Of a stretch of DNA of 64,000 bases, positions 41,368-50,505 are shown in pieces; position 1 is the stretch's first letter, and each line of letters opens with the position of its first letter. The position numbers and the translations under genes were made by a program. The notes beneath the pieces were generated by a model. That model was not told the DNA's origin. It saw nothing but the letters and a program-made list of their open reading frames with translations, and did no database searches. Origin of the DNA: Candidatus Nezhaarchaeota archaeon (GTDB taxonomy: Archaea > Thermoproteota > Methanomethylicia > Nezhaarchaeales > WYZ-LMO8); contig JASFYF010000001.1 of NCBI GenBank assembly GCA_030055465.1, forward strand, positions 764,526 through 828,525. The letters run 5' to 3'.

Positions 41368-41557
41368 GGCTTTCAGCTTAAGAGAACTAGCCGAGCTTAT
41401 AACCAGATTAGCAAGGCGAAGCTCGAAACACCTTCACGTAGCTTGTAGTGATCTTTAGCTCAATCCGCAGGTCTGCAGCAGTTTCCACGAGTTTTGCTAT
41501 ATAGGTTTGAGGCGCAGCCAACCTAGTTCGGGGATTCCGGCGAGTGCATCTTTCACG

Positions 41558-41953
41558 CTAAACTAATATGGCTTTCAGCCCCAGCTTCCCCGCCGTTTTT
41601 GCCTGCTTAGCGTCGCTTGTTACCAGCTCTTGGCTTCTATCCTTTGATAGGGCTATGAAGAGCGCATCGTATATCGTTAACCCGTGCTTCGCGGAGATTT
41701 CAAATGCGTTGACCAGATACTTATCTTGGTTTACTATCGGTATGGGCTTCTCTTCTACCATGTCCTTAAGAATTCCCATTGCAGCTTCACAGCTCAGGTC
41801 ACCCCTCAAAACCTTCTTCAATAATGCGTTTGCCACTTCTTTTATTGCTAGATCCAGCGTTATCACGCCTTCTAAGATGATCTTCCTAGCTTTCTCCCAC
41901 CCATCCTCGCGCGCGAAATATTTAATTAAAGTCGAGGAGTCAATGACCCTCAC
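41558..41953 (-). CDS. vapC: VapC PIN-domain toxin
   Basis: VIDSSTLIKY, EVANAL, TIYDALFI, VTSDAKQ. Confidence 0.9.
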   Translation of the reverse strand: MRVIDSSTLIKYFAREDGWEKARKIILEGVITLDLAIKEVANALLKKVLRGDLSCEAAMGILKDMVEEKPIPIVNQDKYLVNAFEISAKHGLTIYDALFIALSKDRSQELVTSDAKQAKTAGKLGLKAILV

Positions 41954-42164
41954 GGTCCTCCCTCACAGACTCCTCAGAGAAGCCCGCTTCACTCGACCTC
42001 ACGTCCCTTAAAATATTATCCCATTTTTCGATCATCCTTTTAATCTTCATCATCCATGCCAGTTCCTCCAAATACCTTCTAATCTCTTCGCCTACATTTA
42101 AGCCGCTTTCTTCTAATATCCTCTTAACCTCTTCTCTAACCCTAACGCTGACCACGGTGCTCAT
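41940..42164 (-). CDS. vapB: VapB-type RHH antitoxin
   Basis: MSTVVSVRVREEVK...EEIRRYLEE...SVREDRE; overlaps vapC. Confidence 0.85.
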   Translation of the reverse strand: MSTVVSVRVREEVKRILEESGLNVGEEIRRYLEELAWMMKIKRMIEKWDNILRDVRSSEAGFSEESVREDREGH

Positions 42165-42750
42165 AAACACCGTTAAAATCATTAAAGTCCACAAATTTAT
42201 AAACATTTATGTCTACAAAAAATAGGACGAGGCAAGCTAGACTTGCCTTCCCAGAAAAGAACTTTCAAGGTCTTTTCACCAACATCTGGAAAAACAGCAG
42301 TTTTTACCTTGTTTTTCAGATCGTGCTAAGCCATGCTGAACCGCTACGCGTGGTTAAAGAGCTTATCGATGCCGGTGATAACGCTAATAGAAGCTAGAAG
42401 CATTAAGAATACACGCTGATCCCACGAGGAGGCGCGTCAGGCTGAACCCTTCTGGTTGAACGTTAACTCGAAGAACCGTCACGAGCTGATCCCACCCCAT
42501 GGGACGACGCGCGGCAGGCGGGAGCCCCGCGACCGCGGCTTCGGAGGGGTGAGCCGCGGGCTCCTTGGCCGAAGCCCCTCTAGGCCCCGCGAACTATCCC
42601 TTTAGGGTGCTCCGGGATTAGCACTTCCACCTCTAAGCCTTCGCGGGGCCCTCAACATGTGGGCACCTCCATTATCCAGTCAAAGTTGAGGCGAACCTGC
42701 AGTAGCCTTATAGCCGGGGCCCCGCAAGGAGCTTTTCGAGGGGAGCGACC

Positions 42751-43212
42751 CTGCCCAAGATAATCGTGGTCTACGACAGCTTAACCGGAAACACGGCTAG
42801 GGCCGCCGAGCTCATAACTGAAGGGGCGAGGGCAGCCGGCGCCGAGGCCTCCGCGCGGAGGGTCGGCGTGGTCACCCTTGACGAGCTGAGGGCCGCCGAC
42901 GCCGTCGTAGCGGGCTGCCCAACCCACGCCTTCTCGGCGAGCAAGGCGATGAAGGCCTTCCTGGGAAGGCTGGAGGTGAGGGAGGCCTTGAAGGGCAAGT
43001 GCGGGGCAGCCTTCACCTCGTGCCGCCTCGCACCCTCAGCGTTGAGGTGGCTCGAGAAGGCCTTGAAGGAGGCAGGCATTAACCTCGTGGGGAAGGTCGG
43101 CGTCCACTCGGAGCCTAGGGGACGCGAGGAGGAGGCCTGCAGGGAGCTGGGCAGGAGGGTTGCCCAGGAGCTTCAAGCCAACCCCCACAGGCCCCAATCG
43201 AAGGATTCATAA
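42751..43212 (+). CDS. Flavodoxin-like protein
   Basis: IIVVYDSLTGNT, GCPTH, LKGKCGAAFTS, ACRELGRRVA. Confidence 0.85.
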   Translation: MPKIIVVYDSLTGNTARAAELITEGARAAGAEASARRVGVVTLDELRAADAVVAGCPTHAFSASKAMKAFLGRLEVREALKGKCGAAFTSCRLAPSALRWLEKALKEAGINLVGKVGVHSEPRGREEEACRELGRRVAQELQANPHRPQSKDS

Positions 43213-43447
43213 AGTTAGCTGAGCCCTGCAGTCCACCCCTATAATGTGGAACCTACAACCCGGAGCTCCAAGCCCAGGAGTCCCTTGGAAGATGCATCCG
43301 CGGCCCCCTGTCTCGCCGAAGGCGTAAGCAACGTTTGGGAAAGCGTTAAAGCATCGGGCAAAGCCTATAACAACGCGTTAAGCGCAGGCGTGAAGCCCAA
43401 AGGAGGCTGGGGCCCTCCACCCCAAACCGCGCGGGGTTGCGGGTAGC

Positions 43448-44509
43448 ATGGTTGTCCACCTCAGCGTGATTGTGCCAACGTACAACGAGAAGGAAAACTT
43501 AGGCGAGCTCCTCGCCAGGATAGACCGCGCCTTGAAGGGCTGCGGCGCGCCCTACGAAGTCATCGTGGTGGACGACAGCTCGCCCGACGGCACGGCTGAG
43601 CTCGCCGAGGAGCTCTCAAAGGCCTATCCAGTGAAGGTCCTCAAGAGGCCCGGCAGGCTGGGATTGGCGTCGGCGGTCCTAAGCGGGTTGAAAGTGGCGG
43701 AGGGCGAGGCCGTGGCCGTCATGGATGCGGACCTGCAGCACCCCCCCGAGCTTCTACCCAGGATGCTTGAAGAGCTCCGCGCGTGCGACGTCGTCGTCGC
43801 TTCCCGGTACGTTAATGGGGGATCCGTGCGCGGGTGGCCGCTCCTGAGGAGGCTGACATCGAGGGGGGCGACCCTCATAGCGGGGATTCTTATCCCCAAG
43901 GTGAGGGGGGTCAGGGACCCCATGTCGGGCTACTTCATGTTCAGGCGGAGCGCCGTCGAGGGCGCCGTCATGAACCCGCGGGGCTTCAAGCTGCTCCTCG
44001 AGCTGCTCGTGAAGGGGAAGGTTTCCGGGGTGCGCGAGGTTCCCTACACCTTCTCGACGAGGATTAGGGGCAAATCGAAGCTAGGGGCCGGCGAAGTGTT
44101 CAACTACCTGCTGCACGTGCTCGCCCTAGCCCCTGAATACGTGAGGTTCACAATAGTGGGGGCAGCCGGCGTGCTCGTAAACCTAGGCGCCCTCGCATTG
44201 CTCGTGGCCCTGAGGGCACCGCACCTCATCGCCTCGGCAGTCGCCATAGAGGCCTCGCTAATCAACAACTTCCTGCTCAACGACCTCTGGACATTTAAGG
44301 GAGGCGGCGGAGGCTGGTGGAGCAGGCTGGCGAAGTTCCACTTCTCATCAGCTTTGTCGCTTCTGGCCCAATGGGTAACTTCAGTCGCAGTATACTATCT
44401 GGTGGTAAGCTATCCGCTACTAGCACAGCTGGCGGGGATCCTCGTTGGCTTCCCCATAAACTACATCCTCAGCAAGAGGCTAATCTGGCAACGCGGGCAG
44501 CACGCCTAA
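43448..44509 (+). CDS. Dolichol-phosphate mannosyltransferase-like GT2 with C-terminal GtrA domain
   Basis: PTYNEKEN, VDDSSPDGT, MDADLQHPPE, DPMSGYF, GKSKL; GtrA RFTIVG...NFLLNDLWTF. Confidence 0.92.
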   Translation: MVVHLSVIVPTYNEKENLGELLARIDRALKGCGAPYEVIVVDDSSPDGTAELAEELSKAYPVKVLKRPGRLGLASAVLSGLKVAEGEAVAVMDADLQHPPELLPRMLEELRACDVVVASRYVNGGSVRGWPLLRRLTSRGATLIAGILIPKVRGVRDPMSGYFMFRRSAVEGAVMNPRGFKLLLELLVKGKVSGVREVPYTFSTRIRGKSKLGAGEVFNYLLHVLALAPEYVRFTIVGAAGVLVNLGALALLVALRAPHLIASAVAIEASLINNFLLNDLWTFKGGGGGWWSRLAKFHFSSALSLLAQWVTSVAVYYLVVSYPLLAQLAGILVGFPINYILSKRLIWQRGQHA

Positions 44510-44650
44510 GCTGGGAGCCCTTCATCTAAGCCTTTAACCCCAACATCGAAGCCGAGCTAACCAGGCGGGTTGACCGGCAAGTCGGGATTCCGCAAACGCA
44601 ACAATCAAGCCCTTACGTGACAAGGCGCCGGCCAAGCGGTAACGCCGTGG

Positions 44651-45931
44651 TTAACGTAACCCTGCGCGCATCAGCTTGACTACGCCTAAGATTATCAGGG
44701 GGATGGCTGTGGCGTTGTACAGCGCGGAGATGGTAAAGGTGAATGCTGCATCCCCGTAGAGCTTCCAGTAGGCCGGGCACGCCAAGCTGATGGTTATAAC
44801 GAACGCCAGAATAAGCAAAGCCTCGCGGCTCAACCTCGTCCTCCTGCTGCGTCTCAGCAACGCGCGCGCAACCTCAATGATGGCTACGTGAACCTCCTCC
44901 GGGTACGCCGCCAGCACCAGCGGCAAAACGTTGATCAAGTAGTGGGGGTAGAGGAATGTGTTGAACGTTACGGTCGAAGCCGTTATCACCAGAGCCTCCT
45001 CGAAAAGTTCCTCATTGTGAACGGCGCCGTAACGCCCGCGCGAAACAACAGCGTAAACTGTTATGCCGTAAATCAACATCCTGGCGGCCCAGCTCACCGC
45101 TATCGCGTAGGGAGAGTCGTCAAATGTGAACCTCATGATCGAGAGCCCCTCACCTGACCTGACGCCGTGGAATTCGAGCTGCATGAAGGCGTATTCGCCT
45201 GCAGCCACGAGGAAGGGCAGCTCAAACGCCATGATCGTTGCGGATAGAACTACTAAGAAAGCAAGGGTCCTGCGTAGGCCTCCAGCAAGGTGTGCTCGCG
45301 CTGCGAGCAGCGGAGCTGCAAAGCCCGGAATCACCTTAGCCACCACGCCGAGGCCGAGCGCAACGGAGGAGGCCGCTGCCCTTCTACGCATAAACAGGTG
45401 TAAGCTGTAGAGCAGCATGAACGCGGGGATGGAGTCGAAGAGCCCGTACCAAGCGGAGGCAATTATCGTAAGGGGGTTCAGGAAGTAGAGGGCCGACGCG
45501 TAAACCCCAGCGCTATGTGACTTGAGCTCGCCGACGACCCTGTAGAGGAGGAGGGCCACAGCTACATCGAAGAGCATGGGCCACAGCTTGTAGGAGATGA
45601 CGTTGGATCCAAGCGCAGCGATTGCTAGGGCCTGAAGCACAGCGTAGAGAGGCGGATACACGTAGGAGACGTCGCGGTACAGCGCCTCGCCGCGAAGCAA
45701 GGCCTGCGCGCCGGCGACGTGATACAGTATGTCTGTGCCGTGAATTCCGCTTGAAGCCAGCATTAACCTTACGAGCAGCCCAACGCTCAGGGACAAAGGC
45801 AGAATCCAAGGCCTTTCAGCTGCATCGCGCGGAGTGGACAAACAGCACCGCCTCGGCGATCCCGCATTTACGGGTTCTCGGCAACGTTTAAAAACTGCTG
45901 TGAGTCCATCTCTATGAGACCCTGACGACAC
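44651..45931 (-). CDS. GT87/PIG-M-like (GT-C) membrane glycosyltransferase
   Basis: GTDILYH, YVYPPL, YFLNP, YGLFDSIP, LGVVAK, YPHY; start uncertain. Confidence 0.75.
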   Translation of the reverse strand: MSSGSHRDGLTAVFKRCREPVNAGSPRRCCLSTPRDAAERPWILPLSLSVGLLVRLMLASSGIHGTDILYHVAGAQALLRGEALYRDVSYVYPPLYAVLQALAIAALGSNVISYKLWPMLFDVAVALLLYRVVGELKSHSAGVYASALYFLNPLTIIASAWYGLFDSIPAFMLLYSLHLFMRRRAAASSVALGLGVVAKVIPGFAAPLLAARAHLAGGLRRTLAFLVVLSATIMAFELPFLVAAGEYAFMQLEFHGVRSGEGLSIMRFTFDDSPYAIAVSWAARMLIYGITVYAVVSRGRYGAVHNEELFEEALVITASTVTFNTFLYPHYLINVLPLVLAAYPEEVHVAIIEVARALLRRSRRTRLSREALLILAFVITISLACPAYWKLYGDAAFTFTISALYNATAIPLIILGVVKLMRAGLR

Positions 45932-47000
45932 CCTCCTTAAAGGTCATGAGGACTCCGGAGTCGAGCTGCCTTATGAGGTACAAGCCCTCAGGGTATAGGT
46001 TCATCTTCGGCAAGATGAACGGCAGCCCTCCTTCCAAGCCCAGCTTCAAGTACGCGTAGGCTATGTTGTAGCTCACGTCCCCCAGAACCTTGCTGACAGC
46101 GTAGCCCCATAAGGGCGCCGTCGTATGCCACTTGCCGTCGACCTCGGTGACCCTAGGCCTCCCCTCAGCATCCTCCTTCAAGTCGACCGAGTAGAAGCCG
46201 TGGGGCCTCGGGTTCAAGGCCTTAACCGCCCTGACGCCTATACAAGACGCCTCATCGTGGATCAGGGTCCTCGCAACGCTGGGCGTCCCGGTTATGCCCG
46301 TCAGCGACACGTGCTTGAGGGGGTACTCGATTCGCTCCCTAACATATGATGTTACGAGCTCTCCGCGGAACCACAAGGAGTCGAATGCTAAGTCCCTGCC
46401 GGGCATGTACTCCTGAATCATGAAGTCGCTTACTTTAGCCCTTCCTTGAACTACGTTAAGCTTAACCCACATCCTAGCCTCCTCAGGCGTGTTCACCTTA
46501 AGGCTTAACCTGCCGCCAGCGCCCGCCCTAGCCCTAACCCATAGGGGGGAGCCGAGAGCCATAAACGCCTCCTCCACATCCTCCAGGGAGGCCATGCACC
46601 TAGCTCTCGGAGCTGGAACACCGTTGTCGACCAGCTTAACGTACGTGTCCCACTTGTCGGGGGCAATGTCCTCCGGCCTTGGAAGGTAGCATTTAACCCC
46701 AAGCTCATCGACGCAACCTGCTAACACCTTAGCCTCGGAGCTGGGATGGGGATGGAGGAAGTCGATTGAGTGTTCTTTGATGAGCCTGACAACCGCATCC
46801 TTAAAGTGGGGGTCGCTGTGCTTGGGGGTCCTGAACCTGACGTCAACGTCCGGCATCAACAAGTAGTAGGGATTGAACTCCGCTCCAACAATGAAGAGCT
46901 TGTCGCCGGTCATGCGCTCCGCGAGCCTTAAAGCCCTCACGAAATTCGAGCCTCCAATGCCGCCGCAGCCCGTAACGAGGATCCTAGCTCCAGGCACCAC
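45912..47000 (-). CDS. ATP-grasp (carboxylate-amine ligase) protein
   Basis: ILVTGCGG, DKW, GVPAP, GAGG, IQEYMPG, SVDLKED, VTEVDG. Confidence 0.85.
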   Translation of the reverse strand: MVPGARILVTGCGGIGGSNFVRALRLAERMTGDKLFIVGAEFNPYYLLMPDVDVRFRTPKHSDPHFKDAVVRLIKEHSIDFLHPHPSSEAKVLAGCVDELGVKCYLPRPEDIAPDKWDTYVKLVDNGVPAPRARCMASLEDVEEAFMALGSPLWVRARAGAGGRLSLKVNTPEEARMWVKLNVVQGRAKVSDFMIQEYMPGRDLAFDSLWFRGELVTSYVRERIEYPLKHVSLTGITGTPSVARTLIHDEASCIGVRAVKALNPRPHGFYSVDLKEDAEGRPRVTEVDGKWHTTAPLWGYAVSKVLGDVSYNIAYAYLKLGLEGGLPFILPKMNLYPEGLYLIRQLDSGVLMTFKEGVVRVS

Positions 47001-47214
47001 AGCACCTCCACGAATGCGAGGCTAGAGCGCGCCGCATAACTTTAATGCAGCTGAGGGGGCCACTTAAAGCCTGCACTTAAGCGGCAAGCCGATAAACCCC
47101 AAATCCGCTGCCCCGAGCCGGGGCAGTCGAAGGCCGGTGAGTGGCTCCAATCCGCGCCGCCGGGGAGCCACGATGGAACTCTGAGGAGGAAAGATGAGGC
47201 GGGCCAGCCGATCG

Positions 47215-47994
47215 TCAATGCTTGACGACCTCGAGCAGGTCCACGCCGCGAACCACCTTAACCTCCTCCCTTGAAGCCAAGGCTTCGACGAGCTTACCGT
47301 ACATCCTTCCACCCCTCATCCTGAGTGAACAGTCGTGCCAAAGGATCGTAACTATCCTTTCACCGCGCCTCAGGGCCAAGTCGATGGCCTCCTCAACAAC
47401 CCTCACAACCTCCTCCTCGGGCACATGCATATACGTGAAGAGATAGGCATCCATTATGGTTACGGGGAAGGTGGGGATGCCGTGAATGAGCCTGAAGCCC
47501 ATATCGGCCACGTCTATCCTATCCTTGAAGGACTTGATGGAGGAATCGTACTTTAAGCCGGCCTCGCGGAACATCCGGTAACTCTCTTCGCGAACCCTCA
47601 GGTAATGGGCCCTGCAGCCCACAACCCTTGAACCCAAAACCCCCTCAACCGCCATCTTCTCCTCGGCTATGGATTCAGCGCTGGACGCATCGTTGATGTG
47701 AAGCCCAACCTCCCAGCCGCCGGAGGCAAGGTCTCTAATCACGTCTTCATAGCAGGATACGTCGAGGCCATCATCGTAGGTGGGCCTGAAGAAGAAGGTT
47801 GAAGCAACGCCGAACCGCTCCTCCACATCCATGACTTCGGGGACGTTAAAGTAGGGGTTAAACTCCTCCTCCAAAACCCTCCTAACAACGCAATTGTCAA
47901 ACCTGTCGCGCCTAGCCAACACGTGCTCAAGGCCGGGGCCACGCCTAGACCAATCAACATCGTGGCTCAGAAACACATAGATTACCCCATCCAT
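47215..47994 (-). CDS. Polysaccharide deacetylase family protein
   Basis: LSHDVD, STFFF, WEVGLH, GCRAHYLR, YDSS, PVTIMD, ILWH. Confidence 0.88.
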   Translation of the reverse strand: MDGVIYVFLSHDVDWSRRGPGLEHVLARRDRFDNCVVRRVLEEEFNPYFNVPEVMDVEERFGVASTFFFRPTYDDGLDVSCYEDVIRDLASGGWEVGLHINDASSAESIAEEKMAVEGVLGSRVVGCRAHYLRVREESYRMFREAGLKYDSSIKSFKDRIDVADMGFRLIHGIPTFPVTIMDAYLFTYMHVPEEEVVRVVEEAIDLALRRGERIVTILWHDCSLRMRGGRMYGKLVEALASREEVKVVRGVDLLEVVKH

Positions 47995-48248
47995 GCTGTC
48001 CCACCACGCTTTGAGGGCTGAACAACACTCACCAAGAAGACAGCTATTCAAGGTGAAGCTGACCTCTGCTCCACCAGCACCTTTAATCAAGTTCAACCAC
48101 TCAGAGGCACCTTAAATTTTTGCGGTGCCCGCGTCAAAGCGGGGCGTTCGCGGTAACGCCTTAGGAGCAAGGAGCCCCGTAGATGTGGGCTTCATCAACG
48201 TGGAGAAGAACGCAAATGCCATCAATGGCGATTCCCCCTCAAGAGCCC

Positions 48249-49220
48249 TCAACGAGTGGTTAGGGATCGTCGAGCTTTACTATAGAACACCGCTCCCCTG
48301 ACGAGGCCGTGAAGGGCTGCTGGCAACCGCACGTGAGGGTGCCTCTTGGACATTATGGCGAGTCCAAGCAGGTACCTGGGGAAGGACATCGGGAGCGCCA
48401 GCGCTTTAAGCCGCCAGTAGTTGTACGATAAGTCGTAAATCCTCCAGTATTCGCTCTTCACGGGCTCCCTCTGCAGAGACAACTCATGGTGTATGTGCCA
48501 AACGATCGGGCTGACCTCGGGATCCAACGCGCGGTAGACGTGGTAACCCTTCATCCTCGCGTGAACGGCTAGATATTGTTCGTTGCTGGTGCATATGCGG
48601 CTTTCCCTGAAAGCCCGGGAGAGGCTGCCTTCAACCCCGGCTATCGCTTCCCTCCTCCAAGCCATGTTAACGCCGGGAAATACAATGTCTCGGGCCAGCG
48701 TGGAAGCGCACCGGAAGCCACCCTGCAGGCCCGAGTCCGCGATGAACCCGCAGTAGCCTTTAAACATTTCTAAAGGCCTTCTATGAGGCCCGATCACAGG
48801 CCTCTTCTCTACATAAAAATATTCATTTACCTTAATTATGGAGTTGCGGGCCTTGAAAGCCTTGTAGACTATGCCTCCAATCCCGCCGGCGTCGCTTAGG
48901 GCATTGAACAGGCGCAGGTACTTCTCCACCCACCTCTCCTCGGCGAGGGCGTCGTCGTCCAGGAATATTAATAAGTCCCCTCGAGCCTTCCTGATGCCCA
49001 GCAAGGCAGCGTCCACCATGTTCCCCTCCCTCTGGGTGACGAGCTTGATGTTGAGCCTCTTGGAGAAGCCCTCTACAACCTCCTCGCTGCCGTCGCCTGA
49101 GGGCTTAAGCACAACCACAACCTCCTCGGGCCTGCGCGTCTGCTTAACGAGGCTGCCGAGGGAGAGCGGAAGCGCCCAGCTCCTCCGGTAGCTCGCCACC
49201 ACAACCGAGACAGTGGTCAT
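48249..49220 (-). CDS. GT2 glycosyltransferase
   Basis: VSVVVASYRR, QTRRPEEV, FLDDDA, GVNMAWR, NEQY. Confidence 0.9.
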   Translation of the reverse strand: MTTVSVVVASYRRSWALPLSLGSLVKQTRRPEEVVVVLKPSGDGSEEVVEGFSKRLNIKLVTQREGNMVDAALLGIRKARGDLLIFLDDDALAEERWVEKYLRLFNALSDAGGIGGIVYKAFKARNSIIKVNEYFYVEKRPVIGPHRRPLEMFKGYCGFIADSGLQGGFRCASTLARDIVFPGVNMAWRREAIAGVEGSLSRAFRESRICTSNEQYLAVHARMKGYHVYRALDPEVSPIVWHIHHELSLQREPVKSEYWRIYDLSYNYWRLKALALPMSFPRYLLGLAIMSKRHPHVRLPAALHGLVRGAVFYSKARRSLTTR

Positions 49221-49452
49221 AAGCTGATCCAGCCCCTAAAGCCTCAGCAAAAACGCCTTGAGCATCTCTCTGGCGCGTTTAGCCATCTCATAGGATTCGG
49301 AAGCTGCAAGTCCAACTATTGGACTCCTCAACCTAGTGACACCCTCAACTGTTAAGCTTTTTAAACCCTCCCAGCCTCGCGTAGTGTTGTTGGTGCCTTT
49401 GCATTCAGTTTGCGCCTGTACGTTAAGCAGAATGGGTAAAAGCGTTAGCCAC

Positions 49453-50277
49453 CTAGCCGTAGGCCAGCCACCCCTTCATCGTTAAGGTGTATGTTAACGC
49501 CTGCCTTCTGGCCGCCTCCAAGTCTCTTGTAACCGCGTAGATCCAGGCGCACTTGGGGACCGTGAGGATGAAGCGCATGAGCACCATCTTGAAGTTCCAC
49601 AGCCCATACTTGTGGAGTAGGTAGCCGTTCAGCACCGCGGAGTCCCTTCCCTTCTCCGAGACGTTGTGGAGGCAGTACGGCTCCTTAACTTTGAGGAACC
49701 TGTACCCCTTCTTTATGACGTGTCGGCCTATATACTCATCCTCCCATATATGCATGTCCCTGGGTATCCTCACGTCTTTGAGGGGCTCAGTCCTGAAGAG
49801 GGTGTCGTGGGTCATGCACCTCTCGCTCCTCATCTGCTTCACCAGCATGTCCCTTATGGACATTCTGTAGAACTTGCTCATCGCGTACACGATGTTGAAC
49901 GTGTGCTGCTCGATTGGGACAGCAACGCCCCACACCGCCCCGACGTCGTCCTCCACGTGTCTAAGCGCCTTCTCAAACCACCCCTCGCAGAGGATTACGT
50001 CGCTGTCCACGTGCACGTGGAACTCCGTCTCAACCGTCTCAATGCCCTTCTGCCTCGCCGTGGCCCTGTTGCCATTGGAATCGTCGATCACAACCGCGCT
50101 GGGCATTCTTTCCAGGTACTCCACCGTGCCGTCCGTGCTTCCGCCGTCAACAACTATGAGCTTGTTGACCGGCACGTTATCGTAGATTGACTTCACGCAC
50201 TCCGGCAGGCAGGGCTTCATGCTGTTCTTCGTTAGTAGAACCACGTCAACCCTCAAGCCCCACAGCCCCTCCGCCAA
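49453..50277 (-). CDS. GT2 glycosyltransferase
   Basis: VVLLTKNS, VVDGGSTDGT, RQKG, HVDSDV, WED. Confidence 0.9.
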   Translation of the reverse strand: MAEGLWGLRVDVVLLTKNSMKPCLPECVKSIYDNVPVNKLIVVDGGSTDGTVEYLERMPSAVVIDDSNGNRATARQKGIETVETEFHVHVDSDVILCEGWFEKALRHVEDDVGAVWGVAVPIEQHTFNIVYAMSKFYRMSIRDMLVKQMRSERCMTHDTLFRTEPLKDVRIPRDMHIWEDEYIGRHVIKKGYRFLKVKEPYCLHNVSEKGRDSAVLNGYLLHKYGLWNFKMVLMRFILTVPKCAWIYAVTRDLEAARRQALTYTLTMKGWLAYG

Positions 50278-50505
50278 AGCGGCCAGCGCAGCGCCCTTAT
50301 AGGATTATAGGGGCAAGGCCGTTTTAGGCTTTATGTCTCAGGGTGGGATTTCTGGTCCACGCGTCGAAGCTTATAGCCTGGCAACCGGGCTAGGTCCATC
50401 CGTAAGCCCTCAAGCGCTTGGTTGAAGCTGGATGAAAGGGATTTGGAGCGAATTCGGGAAAAACCCTTTATGCAGTGTTGGCCCCCCATTCCAGGGGCTT
50501 CTGGA

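Noticed and set aside
42700-42735. GGCCCCGCAAGGAGC resembling SRP RNA helix 8
   Set aside because: Does not match the conserved GNRA-loop/AGCA context and the rest of SRP RNA is not evident
50293-50314. Imperfect palindrome GCCCTTATAG..TATAGGGGC between divergent genes
   Set aside because: Adequately explained by back-to-back TATA-like elements; no independent support for an operator
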